DNA of 60,865 bases from Dehalococcoidia bacterium (GCA_030740155.1 JASLXV010000093.1:1-60865); one strand, 5' to 3'. Counted from the first letter of the stretch, positions 1 to 10,338 are shown. Notes: generated from the letters alone by a model not told the origin. Program-made: numbers and translations.

Positions 1-10
1 CTATCGCTTC

Positions 11-1174
11 GTGATTGCGGGGCTTCTCCTGGCGGCCCACCTGGCGGTGGGTATGAATGCCTTCGTCGTCGCCCCCCTCTTGCCTCTAATAATCGAGGAA
101 TACGAGATAAGCCGCGCTACGGCGAGTCTGCTGGTAGCTCTGCCGCTGCTCGTCACCGCCGGTTTTGGCCTGCCCGGGGGGGTGATAATCGCCCGGCTAG
201 GGGTCCGGAAGAGCATCCTCGCCGGGTGGTGCTTGGTGGCGCCGCTGGCGCTGGCGGCGGTAGCTCCCAACTTCGCCACGCTGCTGGCGTCGCGGCTGGC
301 CTTCGGGGCCGGCGTCGCGTTCCTTCTGACGGCCTCCGGGCCATTGCTGATGCGCTGGTTCAGCCCCAAGGAGCTTCTCGTCATAAACGGCCTGGACACG
401 GCTGTCTTGAGCCTGGGTATTGCCCTGTCCGTGACCACGGCGGCGCCCCTGGCCGACGTGCTGGGGTGGCAGAACACCCTCGGCGTTTTCGGGACCGCCG
501 GGGTGATGGGCGCCGTGGCCTGGGTTGTCTTGGGCCGGACTCCCAACGATGGCAGCCACCGGGCGCCCATGGTCAGCCGGAAAGAGCTGTGGGCGGTCCT
601 GTCGAACCGGTGGGTAGTCCTGCTGGTAGCCGCCGACGCAGGCGTCTTGACTCAGTACACCGCCCTCAGCAGCTGGCTTCCCACCTTTTACAACGAGGTG
701 CGGGGAATATCCCTGGCCCGGGCCGGCTTCCTCACGGGTCTTCTGCCCTTCGTGGGGGTTTTCGGGGTGCTGGCCGGTGGAATCCTGGCGACCCGAACCC
801 GCTCCAAAAGGGTGTTCTTCACGGTGCCCGGAGTAATGGTGGTGGTGGGCGGGATCGGCACCTTCATTTCAGGGAACATGCCCGCAATTTATGCGTCGGT
901 GATAATCCTCGGCATCGGGTCTTGGCTGTACGTTCCCACCCTGCTGTCGCTGCCCATGGAGATGCCTGGTATGACGCCGGAGCGGGTCGCGATAGTTTGG
1001 GGCTCCTATCTTACGGCGTCCGGCTTCGGCATGTTCCTGGCTCCGATTGTGGTGGGCGGTCTGCGGGACATTACGGGCAGCTTCCTGCCGGGGTTCGCGG
1101 TCTGCGCCGTGGCCGCCGGGTCCCTTCTTATCGCCGGTATCCTCCTGCCCAGGAGTGACACCGGGCCGGGGTAG
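11..1174 (+). CDS. MFS transporter (CynX/cyanate-permease-like); the N-terminus may extend beyond the window edge
   Basis: Many hydrophobic helices; MFS-like motif GVIIARLGVRKS; the frame is open back to base 2. Confidence 0.85.
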   Translation: MIAGLLLAAHLAVGMNAFVVAPLLPLIIEEYEISRATASLLVALPLLVTAGFGLPGGVIIARLGVRKSILAGWCLVAPLALAAVAPNFATLLASRLAFGAGVAFLLTASGPLLMRWFSPKELLVINGLDTAVLSLGIALSVTTAAPLADVLGWQNTLGVFGTAGVMGAVAWVVLGRTPNDGSHRAPMVSRKELWAVLSNRWVVLLVAADAGVLTQYTALSSWLPTFYNEVRGISLARAGFLTGLLPFVGVFGVLAGGILATRTRSKRVFFTVPGVMVVVGGIGTFISGNMPAIYASVIILGIGSWLYVPTLLSLPMEMPGMTPERVAIVWGSYLTASGFGMFLAPIVVGGLRDITGSFLPGFAVCAVAAGSLLIAGILLPRSDTGPG

Positions 1175-1190
1175 GCGTCCTGCATCAGGA

Positions 1191-1219
1191 TTGACAACAA
1201 ATACGGCGGCGAGTACCTT
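1191..1219 (+). promoter_or_regulatory. Sigma70-type promoter upstream of the catabolic cluster
   Basis: TTGACA (1191-1196), 17 nt spacer, TACCTT (1214-1219). Confidence 0.55.
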
Positions 1220-1485
1220 TAGATTCGGCGCTTGCGGGCCGAGGGAAGCTGTCGCGCTGGCGATCTGGCCACCGCGTCCGCCTCCGGGCAGACCTCACCT
1301 ATCCGTCTCGATCCTGTCCCCCGCGGAACTCGCATTTCTTGGGCCAGGCTGCTCTTTACGAGCGACGGGGATTGCTTGTGCGGTAACAAAGGTACTGTGT
1401 GGGTGGCGCCATACGCCTGGCGAATAGATTGGCTGGGGACGGCCTCGCCGGACGCGACCTTTTGGGTTGGTTGTGGAAGAAGCTT

Positions 1486-2905
1486 ATGCATCAAGAAATG
1501 AAAGTGGTGGCCGAGCCCAGGCGAGAGATACCGGTGGCGGCGGAGTGTGACGTGTTGGTCGCCGGGGGCGGCCCCGCCGGGTTTGGGGCCGCGCTGGCCG
1601 CCAGGCGCACGGGCGCTGAGACCTTGTTGATCGAAAGGAATGGGGTCCTCGGCGGCGCTTCGACCGCGGTCCTGATGAATGCCTGGAACTGCCCGGCGGA
1701 GGGTATGACCGGTGTCGCCAAAGAGGTGACCGACACGCTGCTGGTGAACGGAGATGCCTACGCCGGCCCGCTGGTGAACTTCGACTCCGAGGCGCTGCTG
1801 GACCTGGAGATGGAAATGCTCTTGGCGGCCGGCACCCGGGTGCTTCTCTATACGTGGGTGACGGAACCGTTGATGGAGGACGGCCGCGTCCGGGGCGCGA
1901 TCATCCAGAGCAAGTCGGGAAGGCAGGCCATCCTGGCCAAAACCGTGGTGGATACCACGGGAGACGCCGACCTGGCCTTCGCGGCGGGTTGTCCCACGGT
2001 GAAAGGAAGAGAAGAGGACAATAAGATGCGCCCGGTGAACACCATGTTCCGCATGGCCGGGATCGACATCGAGCAGCTCCTCGCCTACTGCCGGGAACGC
2101 CCGGACCAGTATCAACAGGACCCATCGTCCCACATGGCGGGAGCTGGCGCCACGGTCATCAGGCTTTCGGGCTTTTTTGACTTGGTGGAGGAAGGCCGGA
2201 AGAGCGGCGAACTGCCCCAAGAGGTCTTCTACTTGCGCTTTGAGGGGGTGGACTCCAAGCGGGGCATCATCACCCTGAACTCGGCTCGGGTCTACGGTGT
2301 GGACGGCACCGACATGTGGGATATCACCAGGGGTGACATCGAATCGCGGAAACAGAACCGGCAGCTGTTCGAGTTCGTGAAGAAACACATCCCCGGCTGC
2401 CAGGACGCCCACGTGATCTCTTCCTCCACCAATCTGGGGGTCCGGGAGACGCGCCGCATCCGCGGGGAGTACCTCCTGACCGATGGGGACATGGACAGCG
2501 GCAAGACTTACTCCACCAGCATCGCGAAAATCCACCGGTACATTAAAAAGGGTTACAAGGGGCACAGCCCCGACGGAAGGGAGGGAGCGCCCGAGGATAG
2601 CGAGCACCACGAGATGGAGACCCCCCCTCCGTTGGTTCGAAGTGCCCTACGGGGTCCTGGTACCCCGGAATATTGACGGCCTGACGGTGGGGGGCCGGAT
2701 CATTTCCCAGATCCACATGGCGGATATGTGGACCCGGGGCCAGTACGCTTGCATGGTCACCGGCCAGGCGGCGGGAGCCGCGGCTGCCCTCTCCGCCATC
2801 ACCGGCGCCGCTCCCCGAAACCTCGACGTGGCGATGCTGTAGAAGGAGCTGATCCGGCAGGGAGTGGATATCGGCGCCGTGGGAGCGGAGTACGCGAGGG
2901 CCTAG
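1486..2905 (+). pseudogene. FAD-dependent oxidoreductase (FAD_oxidored family), interrupted by a frameshift and an in-frame amber stop
   Basis: DVLVAGGGPAG, VDTTGDAD and GVRETRRIRGEYLLT motifs; the conserved C-terminus (FEVPYGVLVPRNIDGLTVGGR...TGQAAG) lies in another frame after a C7 run at 2621-2627; TAG at 2840-2842 interrupts LDVAML*KELIRQG. Confidence 0.8.
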
Positions 2906-2936
2906 TACCTGATATCGAAAATTTGGGTCATGAAAT

Positions 2937-2999
2937 CCGTTCACCTTGAGTCTGCCAAAGGGCGCGAGACCGGTGGTTCGACAAGCTCACCACGAACGG
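2937..2999. repeat. REP-like palindromic doublet (GGTTCGACAAGCTCACCACGAACGG family)
   Basis: The 18 nt at 2975-2992 are the exact reverse complement of 54438-54455; a degenerate inverted partner lies at 2937-2962. Confidence 0.65.
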
Positions 3000-3101
3000 T
3001 AGATGAATCGCCGAGAATCGAAAGGAAAGGAAATACTAGGCCCGAGGGCAACCGAGAGTTGCCTGCCGCTTTTCAACAGATTCTGTTTGGAGGGTTCAAC
3101 G

Positions 3102-3653
3102 ATGGAAGAAAACGAGAAGAGCCTGATTACCGACGAGGTGCGGGCGATAGTCGGCAAAGGGACGAAGCCGGCGACCTCAACGGACAAGGTCACCCTGACC
3201 GAGATACGGCGCTTCAGCCAGGCGGTGATGGACGAGAGCCCGATCTACCACGACGAAGGGTTTGCCGCCAAGACCAAGTTCGGCGGTGTGGTGGCCCCCG
3301 GCCCGTTCACCTACCACTACATCCGCCGTCGTGCCCCCGGGACCGAAGACCCGATGCTCACCGAACCCGACGACTGGGACGGCGAGGATAGCCGTGGCGT
3401 GGGCGGCGGCGCTCTTACCGTACCCTGGCCCCCGAACATGCGAACTTTTCACGGGGGTAACGAGCTGGAGGTGTTGCAACTGGCGAAGCCAGGCGACATC
3501 ATCACCTCCAAGACGCAGATCACCGAGGTCTACGAGAAGACGGGCCGCAGCGGCCGGTTGGGGCTCTCGGTCCGGGAGACGGTCTTCACCAACCAGAAGG
3601 GTGAAATCCTGTGCATCGACCGGTACACCGGCGTCGCGCGAGAAATGAAGTAG
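3102..3653 (+). CDS. MaoC/hot-dog fold dehydratase subunit (MaoC_dehydrat_N type)
   Basis: EIRRFSQAVMDESPIYHDE, VVAPGPF, HGGNELE...PGDII, EKTGRSG; GGAGG RBS before ATG 3102. Confidence 0.85.
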   Translation: MEENEKSLITDEVRAIVGKGTKPATSTDKVTLTEIRRFSQAVMDESPIYHDEGFAAKTKFGGVVAPGPFTYHYIRRRAPGTEDPMLTEPDDWDGEDSRGVGGGALTVPWPPNMRTFHGGNELEVLQLAKPGDIITSKTQITEVYEKTGRSGRLGLSVRETVFTNQKGEILCIDRYTGVAREMK

Positions 3654-3656
3654 GGG

Positions 3657-4151
3657 GTGACATCCGTGGTAGCGCAAGAGCAGAAGACCGTTAAATATGA
3701 AGACCTCGAGGTTGGCACGGAGATGCCTTCCGTCTCCCTGAAGCTGAGTGTGCCCATCATGATGCGCTGGTGCGCCGCGACTGAAATTTGGCGGCGGGAC
3801 CACTACGACAAAGACTACGCCACCGAAATCGGATTGCCGGACATCATCGGTTCCGGTTCCTGGTCCCGCTCCTATCTCTTCGGGTTGGCGAGCCAATGGG
3901 TGGGCGTGGACGGCTGGGTTTGGAAGCTGTCCCATCAGAACCGGGCCATGCTCCTTCCGCACAAGACCTACACCGCCTGGGGCCGGGTCACGAGCAAAGA
4001 GATGAAGGATGGCTTGGGCTACGTGGTGATGGACATGGGCTTCCGCCGGGACGAGGACGGCGTGGAGACGGTGCCGTCCTCCTGCACGATCGTTCTTCCC
4101 CTGCAAGGCGGTAAGCCCGTACCGTACCCGTTCCAGCCGCCGAAAGAGTAA
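3657..4151 (+). CDS. MaoC-like dehydratase partner subunit
   Basis: YEDLEVGTEMP, HYDKDYATEIGLPDII and GRVTSK hot-dog fold pattern; starts 3 nt after the previous stop. Confidence 0.75.
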   Translation: MTSVVAQEQKTVKYEDLEVGTEMPSVSLKLSVPIMMRWCAATEIWRRDHYDKDYATEIGLPDIIGSGSWSRSYLFGLASQWVGVDGWVWKLSHQNRAMLLPHKTYTAWGRVTSKEMKDGLGYVVMDMGFRRDEDGVETVPSSCTIVLPLQGGKPVPYPFQPPKE

Positions 4152-4158
4152 GTGGCTG

Positions 4159-5349
4159 ATGCTCCTGGATGACCTGAAGGTGCTGGACCTGACCCACTAC
4201 GTCGCCGGCCCGTACTGCACCAAGCTGTTTGCCGACCTGGGCGCCGAGGTCTGGAAGATCGAACCGCCAGGACGGGGTGACCCGTGCCGTGGTATCGGCC
4301 CTTTCCCTGGCGACCAGAGTCACCCGGAGCGCAGCGGCCTTTTCCTGTACCTCAATACGGGCAAGAAGAGCGTCACCCTTGACCTGAGAAGCGAGCAGGG
4401 CAAAGAACTGCTCCTGGAGTTGGCCCGGCAGGCCGACGTGGTGGCGGAAAGCTTCAAGCCCGGTGTCATGGGCCGAATGGGCCTCGATTATGAGACCCTG
4501 AAGGGGCTGAATCCCAGCCTGGTGATGACCTCGATATCCAGCTTCGGCCAGTTGGGTCCCTACCGGGACTACGAGGTCACCGAGATCGGCCTACACGCCC
4601 TGAGCGGCCTGATGCACGTGGCGGGCGAGCCGGGCCGGGAGCCGTTGAAGAAAGGCGGCAACTTCGCCCAGTACCACGGCTCCCTGAACGGCTTCGTCGC
4701 CACCATGTCGGCTCTGTTCTACCGGAACATGACCGGAGAGGGCCAGCATGTGGACGTGTCGATCGCCGAATCTTTCGTCGCCATCAACGGCCGGCCTCTG
4801 AAGATCTACGCCTACACCGGGGAGATAGCGTCCCGGGAAGGGGTGCAGACCAGGGCCTGGCCTTCCGGCTTTTACCTTTGTCAGGACGGCTACGTCGCCT
4901 TCTCTCCCAGCCAGGGACGTGACTGGTGGACCGATTTCGTGGAGATGGTGGACATGCCGGAGATGCGGGATGAGCGTTTCACCACCAAGGAAGGCCGGGC
5001 CGAGAATGCCGAGGAGTTGGACGCCTATTTCACCGTCTGGCTGGTGGAGCACACCAAGGCAGAGGTCTACCGACTCTCCCAGGAGCATAGGATACCGAGC
5101 GGTTATCTCTGCGATGCTCAGGACTTGCTGGACTCACCCCAGTTCCTGGCCCGCGGGTTCTATTCCGAGGTGGACCACCCCGAGGCGGGCGGCCAGATGC
5201 TCCCCGGTTTACCCTTCAAGGTGAGCAGCCATCAGGGGAACGGGAGCCGCGCGCCCCTGCTAGGAGAGCACAACGAGGATGTGCTGTGCGGAGTATTGGG
5301 CCTGTCGAAATTAGACCTGGGCGCCCTTAAAGACGTGGGTACCGTGTGA
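4159..5349 (+). CDS. Family III (CaiB/BaiF) CoA-transferase subunit lacking the catalytic Asp
   Basis: LKVLDLTHYVAGPYCT..ADLGAEV.KIEPP, NTGKKSVTLDL, APLLGEHN; AQYHG at the Asp position. Confidence 0.9.
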   Translation: MLLDDLKVLDLTHYVAGPYCTKLFADLGAEVWKIEPPGRGDPCRGIGPFPGDQSHPERSGLFLYLNTGKKSVTLDLRSEQGKELLLELARQADVVAESFKPGVMGRMGLDYETLKGLNPSLVMTSISSFGQLGPYRDYEVTEIGLHALSGLMHVAGEPGREPLKKGGNFAQYHGSLNGFVATMSALFYRNMTGEGQHVDVSIAESFVAINGRPLKIYAYTGEIASREGVQTRAWPSGFYLCQDGYVAFSPSQGRDWWTDFVEMVDMPEMRDERFTTKEGRAENAEELDAYFTVWLVEHTKAEVYRLSQEHRIPSGYLCDAQDLLDSPQFLARGFYSEVDHPEAGGQMLPGLPFKVSSHQGNGSRAPLLGEHNEDVLCGVLGLSKLDLGALKDVGTV

Positions 5350-5369
5350 CCGGAGGGACGTAGCCGACC

Positions 5370-6632
5370 GTGCGACTGCCATTAGAACGCATCAGAGTTC
5401 TCGACGTCACCCAGATATGGGCCGGGCCCTACGCCACCCGTTTGTTGGGTGATATGGGCGCCGAGGTTATCAAGGTTGAGTCCATTCAGCGGCCGGACCC
5501 GGAGCGCATGGCCGTGGGACCCCGCCGGTCGTGGCTCTACCCCGGTTTCGAGCCCGCCGATCGCTACTTCGACCGCAAGGCCGAGTTCGTGGAGTACAAC
5601 CGTAACAAATACGGGATGACGCTGAGTCTGGTGGACCCCCGGGGGGTTGCGGCCTTCAAGGAGCTGGTGAAGATCAGCGACGTGGTCATCGAAAACTTCG
5701 CGGTCGGCGTGATGAAACGCTTTGGGCTGGACTATGAAGACCTCAGGAAGATCCGGCCCGATATCGTCATGGTCTCCGTGGCGGCCTTCGGCCGGACGGG
5801 CCCCGAGTCCGCCTACCGTGGCTACGGGCCCCTCCAGGAGGCTCTGGCGGGTCTCGCCAGTATCACGGGCTATACCGATGGCGTCCCCCTGGAACTGAGG
5901 GAATACTATGGTGACCCGACGGCCGGCCTGTTCGCGGCCTCGGCGGTCCTGGCGGCCCTCTGGCACCGGTCGCGCACGGGCCAGGGCGCGCTGGTGGACA
6001 TATCGCAGCGGGAGTGCGTGGCTGCCATGCTGCCCGAACTCATGCTGGAGCACACCATGAACCAGCGCACTCTTCAGCCCATCGGCAACCTGCACCGAGG
6101 CATGGCGCCCCATAATTGCTACCCCTGTAAGGGTGAGGATAACTGGATCACCATCGCGGTCCGGTCCGATGCGGAGTGGCGGGCGTTGTGCGATGTCATG
6201 GGCGCCCCTGAGCATGCCGAAGACCCTAGATTCGCGACGCGGGCCCAGAGGCTGGAGCATCGGGACGCGCTGGAGGCCCTCGTCGGTGAGTGGACCATCA
6301 CCCAAGAGAACCAGGCGCTGATGCACCAATTGCAGGGCAAGAAGATCGCGGCGGCCGCGGTGCTGACGCCTCCGGACGTTCTGCAGAACCCCCAATACAA
6401 AGCGCGGGAGTTCTTACCCATGGTTCCGCATGCGGAGGCGGGCACCTACCCGCAAACGGGCATGCCCTGGAAATTCTCCGGAATCCCCAACGATATCCGC
6501 ATGCCGTCTCCGCTCCTTGGCGAACACAACCGGCTCATCCTGGGAGACTTTCTGGGTAAGAGTGCAGAGGAGATAGCCGAGCTGGAGGGGGCCGGGGTTA
6601 TCGGCGACCGTCCGGCGCACGGTCCGGCGTAA
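5370..6632 (+). CDS. Family III (CaiB/BaiF) CoA-transferase, catalytic subunit
   Basis: IRVLDVTQIWAGP..GDMGAEVIKVES, NRNK, YYGDPTAG (catalytic Asp), PLLGEHN. Confidence 0.9.
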   Translation: MRLPLERIRVLDVTQIWAGPYATRLLGDMGAEVIKVESIQRPDPERMAVGPRRSWLYPGFEPADRYFDRKAEFVEYNRNKYGMTLSLVDPRGVAAFKELVKISDVVIENFAVGVMKRFGLDYEDLRKIRPDIVMVSVAAFGRTGPESAYRGYGPLQEALAGLASITGYTDGVPLELREYYGDPTAGLFAASAVLAALWHRSRTGQGALVDISQRECVAAMLPELMLEHTMNQRTLQPIGNLHRGMAPHNCYPCKGEDNWITIAVRSDAEWRALCDVMGAPEHAEDPRFATRAQRLEHRDALEALVGEWTITQENQALMHQLQGKKIAAAAVLTPPDVLQNPQYKAREFLPMVPHAEAGTYPQTGMPWKFSGIPNDIRMPSPLLGEHNRLILGDFLGKSAEEIAELEGAGVIGDRPAHGPA

Positions 6633-6645
6633 AGGCCGCGGCCCT

Positions 6646-7920
6646 TTGAGAGAGTCGAAGCTAGCTCACCTGACCCCGGAGTGGCTGCTGACTTACGCCG
6701 GCGTAATCCTCATCATGGCCGTCCTGATCAACCTGTTCGCCAGCTTCGCCCAGCACAGCTACAGCCTCACCATACCGTCGATGCGGGACCACGAGCACGG
6801 TCTGGGCCTGTCGTATACCGAGGTGACGCTCCTGGTAACCGTGGTGAGCGCCGCCAAGATGGGAGCCTCGTTCGCCTCGGGCACGTTGGGCCCCCGCTAC
6901 GGCATCCGGGCCATGATCGGTATAGGAACCATCGTCTCGGCATTGGCCATGATTCTGCTCGGGCTCGCTCCCAACTTCTACCTCGCCCTGGCCGCCACGG
7001 CCCTGATGGGCGCCGGCAGCGGCGCCTCCCTGACCCCAATGATGGGGCTTCTCGCCCCCTGGTTCTCGGGCCGGAACCGGGGCGTCGCCGCGGGGTTGGC
7101 CTCGACCGGCGCCAGCATTGGGTTCGTGATGACCGGCCTGATGGTCCCGTGGCTGGTCGAGCAGAGCCCTGATACAGGGTGGCGCCTCACCTGGTTTATC
7201 TTCGGCGGCTTGACCCTGGCCATCGGCGTCCTGTCGCTGGTTTTCGTTCACGACCGGCCGCCGAACCCTTCAGAAGCTTCTTCCGCGGCAGCCACGGGCG
7301 GGAAAGCGGGTGGGACCTGGCCCCTCGTAGCGCTCAAGAGCCCGTTTGTCTGGCTGGCAACCCTCCTCGCCTTCTGCGCGGGTTGGTCCCTGGGCATCTT
7401 TACCAGCCTGTTTGGGGCCTACCTGTCGGCGGAGAATGGCATCGATCTGGTGGTTGCGGGGCGGCTCCTGGTGCTGATCGGGGTGTTGAGCGTGGTCAGC
7501 GGCGCCCTGTGGGGCGGTGTATCCGACCGGGCGGGCCGGGGCCCCGCCTTCCTGATGGTCGGCGTGGTCCAGGCAATAGCCTTCGCCCTGTTCTGGCTCA
7601 TGCCCGGGATGGTGATCTTCGTGGTCTCGTCGGTGCTGATTGGGCTCACCTTGCGGGCCGCCTATGTCATCTGCGCCGCCTCCGCCGGTGACTACGTGCC
7701 GGTGCATTTCGCCGGGGCGGCCTTTGGCGTCATGTCAACCGGAGCCGGCCTCGGCCTCACCATATCCCCGGTAGTCGGTGGGCTGATGGCCGATACGGTC
7801 GGGATGAGTTGGGCCTTTTCCCTGGCTCTGGCGGCGTCGGTTGTCGCCATCGGGGCGGGGGCGCTGCTGCACCATATGACCGGCTCGCGACATTCCGTGA
7901 TGAAGGAGCCGGGCCGCTAG
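6646..7920 (+). CDS. MFS transporter
   Basis: About 12 hydrophobic segments; GTLGPRYGIR and GGVSDRAGR motif A copies. Confidence 0.85.
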   Translation: MRESKLAHLTPEWLLTYAGVILIMAVLINLFASFAQHSYSLTIPSMRDHEHGLGLSYTEVTLLVTVVSAAKMGASFASGTLGPRYGIRAMIGIGTIVSALAMILLGLAPNFYLALAATALMGAGSGASLTPMMGLLAPWFSGRNRGVAAGLASTGASIGFVMTGLMVPWLVEQSPDTGWRLTWFIFGGLTLAIGVLSLVFVHDRPPNPSEASSAAATGGKAGGTWPLVALKSPFVWLATLLAFCAGWSLGIFTSLFGAYLSAENGIDLVVAGRLLVLIGVLSVVSGALWGGVSDRAGRGPAFLMVGVVQAIAFALFWLMPGMVIFVVSSVLIGLTLRAAYVICAASAGDYVPVHFAGAAFGVMSTGAGLGLTISPVVGGLMADTVGMSWAFSLALAASVVAIGAGALLHHMTGSRHSVMKEPGR

Positions 7921-8210
7921 GCGGCACGCTTCGCCCGCCGGAGCGCGGCTGGCGTCCGGGTCGCGGCCTGGTACTCCGTCAACCTACTGACCTTGATCAG
8001 ACACGTAAACTTGATCGGTATCCAGATGGACGGGTGAAATCTCCCTATGTCCCCCTTTAACAAAGGTGACAGCCCTGTTTTGAAGCTAAATGAAAGGGTG
8101 TCAGTGTGTCAAGCCCGGTTGCGGCACAATTTCCGGCGCGATTTCGGCCCACTGCCAGCTACGACCGATGGTAGGAGCCCAGCTACGAAGTTGCCCCAGA
8201 ATCACGCCAC

Positions 8211-8466
8211 TGTAGACCGTCAGCGATAATGGGACACATTGGGAGGTAAGAAAACCCGAGAAAAGGGGAGGTGGCGTGAGCTCCTGGAACGAAGGTAGAT
8301 TATTTCCAGAAAGGAGCAGATGTGTCCCAGTCAGAAAACATCAAGTCCATGGCAGCAGAAGCCCGGATCGAGGAGACCCGCTCTTTCGTTCGCACGGTTA
8401 AGGGTGCCACTCGGTGTAAGTACCCCACAGAAGAGAAGATACGTATCGTACTGGAAGGCTTCCGCC
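8211..8466 (+). mobile_element. Remnant of an IS3-family-like element (left end plus truncated OrfA transposase)
   Basis: The ORF from GTG 8322 contains TRCKYPTEEKIRIVLEGFR, the start of an HTH_Tnp_1-type OrfA, then loses similarity; putative 5'-TG terminal repeat tgtagaccgtcagcgataatgggacac at 8211. Confidence 0.65.
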
Positions 8467-9250
8467 TCGGAGGCCGGGATCAACCTTTTTGGGCAAGGCG
8501 ATATTTAAGGTCCGTTCTGAGGTACAGGCAATTTGCACCTTTCTTGACAGTTGTTCTACGATCATCGTTCGAGAATTCTTAACTCTTTCCATATCTCCAG
8601 AAATTTGCTGACATGAGCATACGGCGCTCGAACGAGGGGGTCAATGCCCTTTGCTGTCAACCAGCACAATTGGGACCCACGAGGTCAGGGATATGGAATC
8701 GCTTGGATGAACTCTCTGATGGTTCAATTATTCGGTGCACCCCACCAGTTGGGCAGGCTCCGGGCGGGTTTAGGTTAAGGCCTCCGTGCGAGTTCACTGT
8801 AGGCGCAGCCAAATCGTTTGACACGGTCCGGAGCCGACCCAAAATGAATGCGGCGCCCACCTCTTAGACTGCCTCCCCACTTGCCGCTCCCAGTGCAAGT
8901 TTGGCTCAGAGCAGCGCGCCCTGCTTCCTCCGTTGGTTTGATTCGTCCCATTTTTTCTTCAAGTCTGCTCCGGTAGTAGGCGGAGGACCCTCGCTTGGCG
9001 ACCTGTTCGAATCGTCGGGTCCACCTCCCGCGCTCAATATCAGTCATTACCAGCCATGAGACCCTGTCAAGGAGAGCCACGGATAGAAGTAACAATATCT
9101 CCCGGCGCCGCAAGCCGGAGCGCCAGAACATCCGCTTTGGCGGCACTATCAAAAAGCGGAGCCGAATGTTGAATATCAAGATGCGGCAGGGTTCATTCGA
9201 TGCGGGTTCGAGAGGTAACCAGGTCGAGCCGTTCACCAGGAGGTGACGCG

Positions 9251-9475
9251 ATGCCCAAGTACCGCTACTATCTGGTTAAAGACACCTACGTGGTGCGTTG
9301 GGAGGGCGATAAAACACCGGAGTTCGTGAGACCGGACGGCACCTGGCACCCGTACCGGGACGAATGGGACGTGATGACGAACGGCCGTTACTCCGGCGAG
9401 GACGATGAAAAGGCGATGGAGATTGCCCAGGAACTTTTCGATGAGGCCGAGGAAGATGGCTTCGAATACCCGTGA
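9251..9475 (+). CDS. Small acidic hypothetical protein (74 aa)
   Basis: Strong RBS AGGAGGTG 5 nt before the ATG; host-like codon pattern; protein-like composition. Confidence 0.7.
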   Translation: MPKYRYYLVKDTYVVRWEGDKTPEFVRPDGTWHPYRDEWDVMTNGRYSGEDDEKAMEIAQELFDEAEEDGFEYP

Positions 9476-9519
9476 GCGGTCGCCGGGTATCTGATTTCCC
9501 CAGGTTTCTCACTCCCGGC

Positions 9520-10338
9520 TCAGCCTCCTGGGCGCCACCACACCAGTCCCGGCGCCTGGGGCGGTGCGCCCCGGATGTAGAGGGTGCCGTCCACCTCTTC
9601 CAGCAGCTCCGGCAGCAGGACCTCGAGCCTCGCCGTCTGAGGGCTGCCCGGCGCCAGATATAGCCGGCGGGACAGCTGCTCCAGCGCCTGCCGGTGATCA
9701 TCGTAGCCCCTGGGCAGCCGCTGGGGCAGGGTCTCCACGTGAGGGTGTATGCCAAGCTGCGACAGAACCTCGCGATACTCGGAGAGACCGGGCAAAGGGA
9801 TACGCTCTTCGCCGTGGATTTGCTTCCAGAGGGGGTAAATCTGGGACTGGGGAGGCGCCTGGTACAAGACCACCAGCACGCGCTCCCTGGCGTGGGCCTC
9901 CAGCTTCCTCACGAAGAGTTCAACGTCGCGCACTATGTACATGACGTGGGCGCAGAGAACGATGTCGGCGGCATCCACATCCGCGTCCTCCCAGGTCCCT
10001 TCCACCACCGAGAGGTTCCGGATCGAGTAGTCGGAGGCTTGCCGGCGCAGCACGGCGACCATGCTCGCCGAGGGTTCCACGGCGGTCACCTGGCGGCACC
10101 GGAGGGCCAAGGGTAAGGCCAGCCTGCCTCCGCCGGCCCCAACGTCGATAACCGTGTTGTGAGGCGCGACCTCCTGCAGCAGCCGGTTCACCAGGGGGTC
10201 CTCGGTACGCCGGGGGTCGGCCTTGAACTGCTGGGCGTAGGGCCGCCAGTGGTCCTCCGGCGGGACCGTGCCGCGCATCCTCTCGGACTGGGCGTGCTCT
10301 TCCTCGATCATGGTCTTCCACCGTTGGGTTGCCAGCAT
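9520..10338 (-). CDS. Class I SAM-dependent methyltransferase
   Basis: VIDVGAGGG motif I, VTAVEPS, ADIVLCAHVMY; GGAGGG RBS before ATG 10338. Confidence 0.85.
   Translation of the reverse strand: MLATQRWKTMIEEEHAQSERMRGTVPPEDHWRPYAQQFKADPRRTEDPLVNRLLQEVAPHNTVIDVGAGGGRLALPLALRCRQVTAVEPSASMVAVLRRQASDYSIRNLSVVEGTWEDADVDAADIVLCAHVMYIVRDVELFVRKLEAHARERVLVVLYQAPPQSQIYPLWKQIHGEERIPLPGLSEYREVLSQLGIHPHVETLPQRLPRGYDDHRQALEQLSRRLYLAPGSPQTARLEVLLPELLEEVDGTLYIRGAPPQAPGLVWWRPGG

Noticed and set aside
2840..2842. Amber codon as pyrrolysine or programmed read-through
   Set aside because: A single CAG>TAG change explains it, the same gene also has a frameshift, and no pyl genes are in the window.
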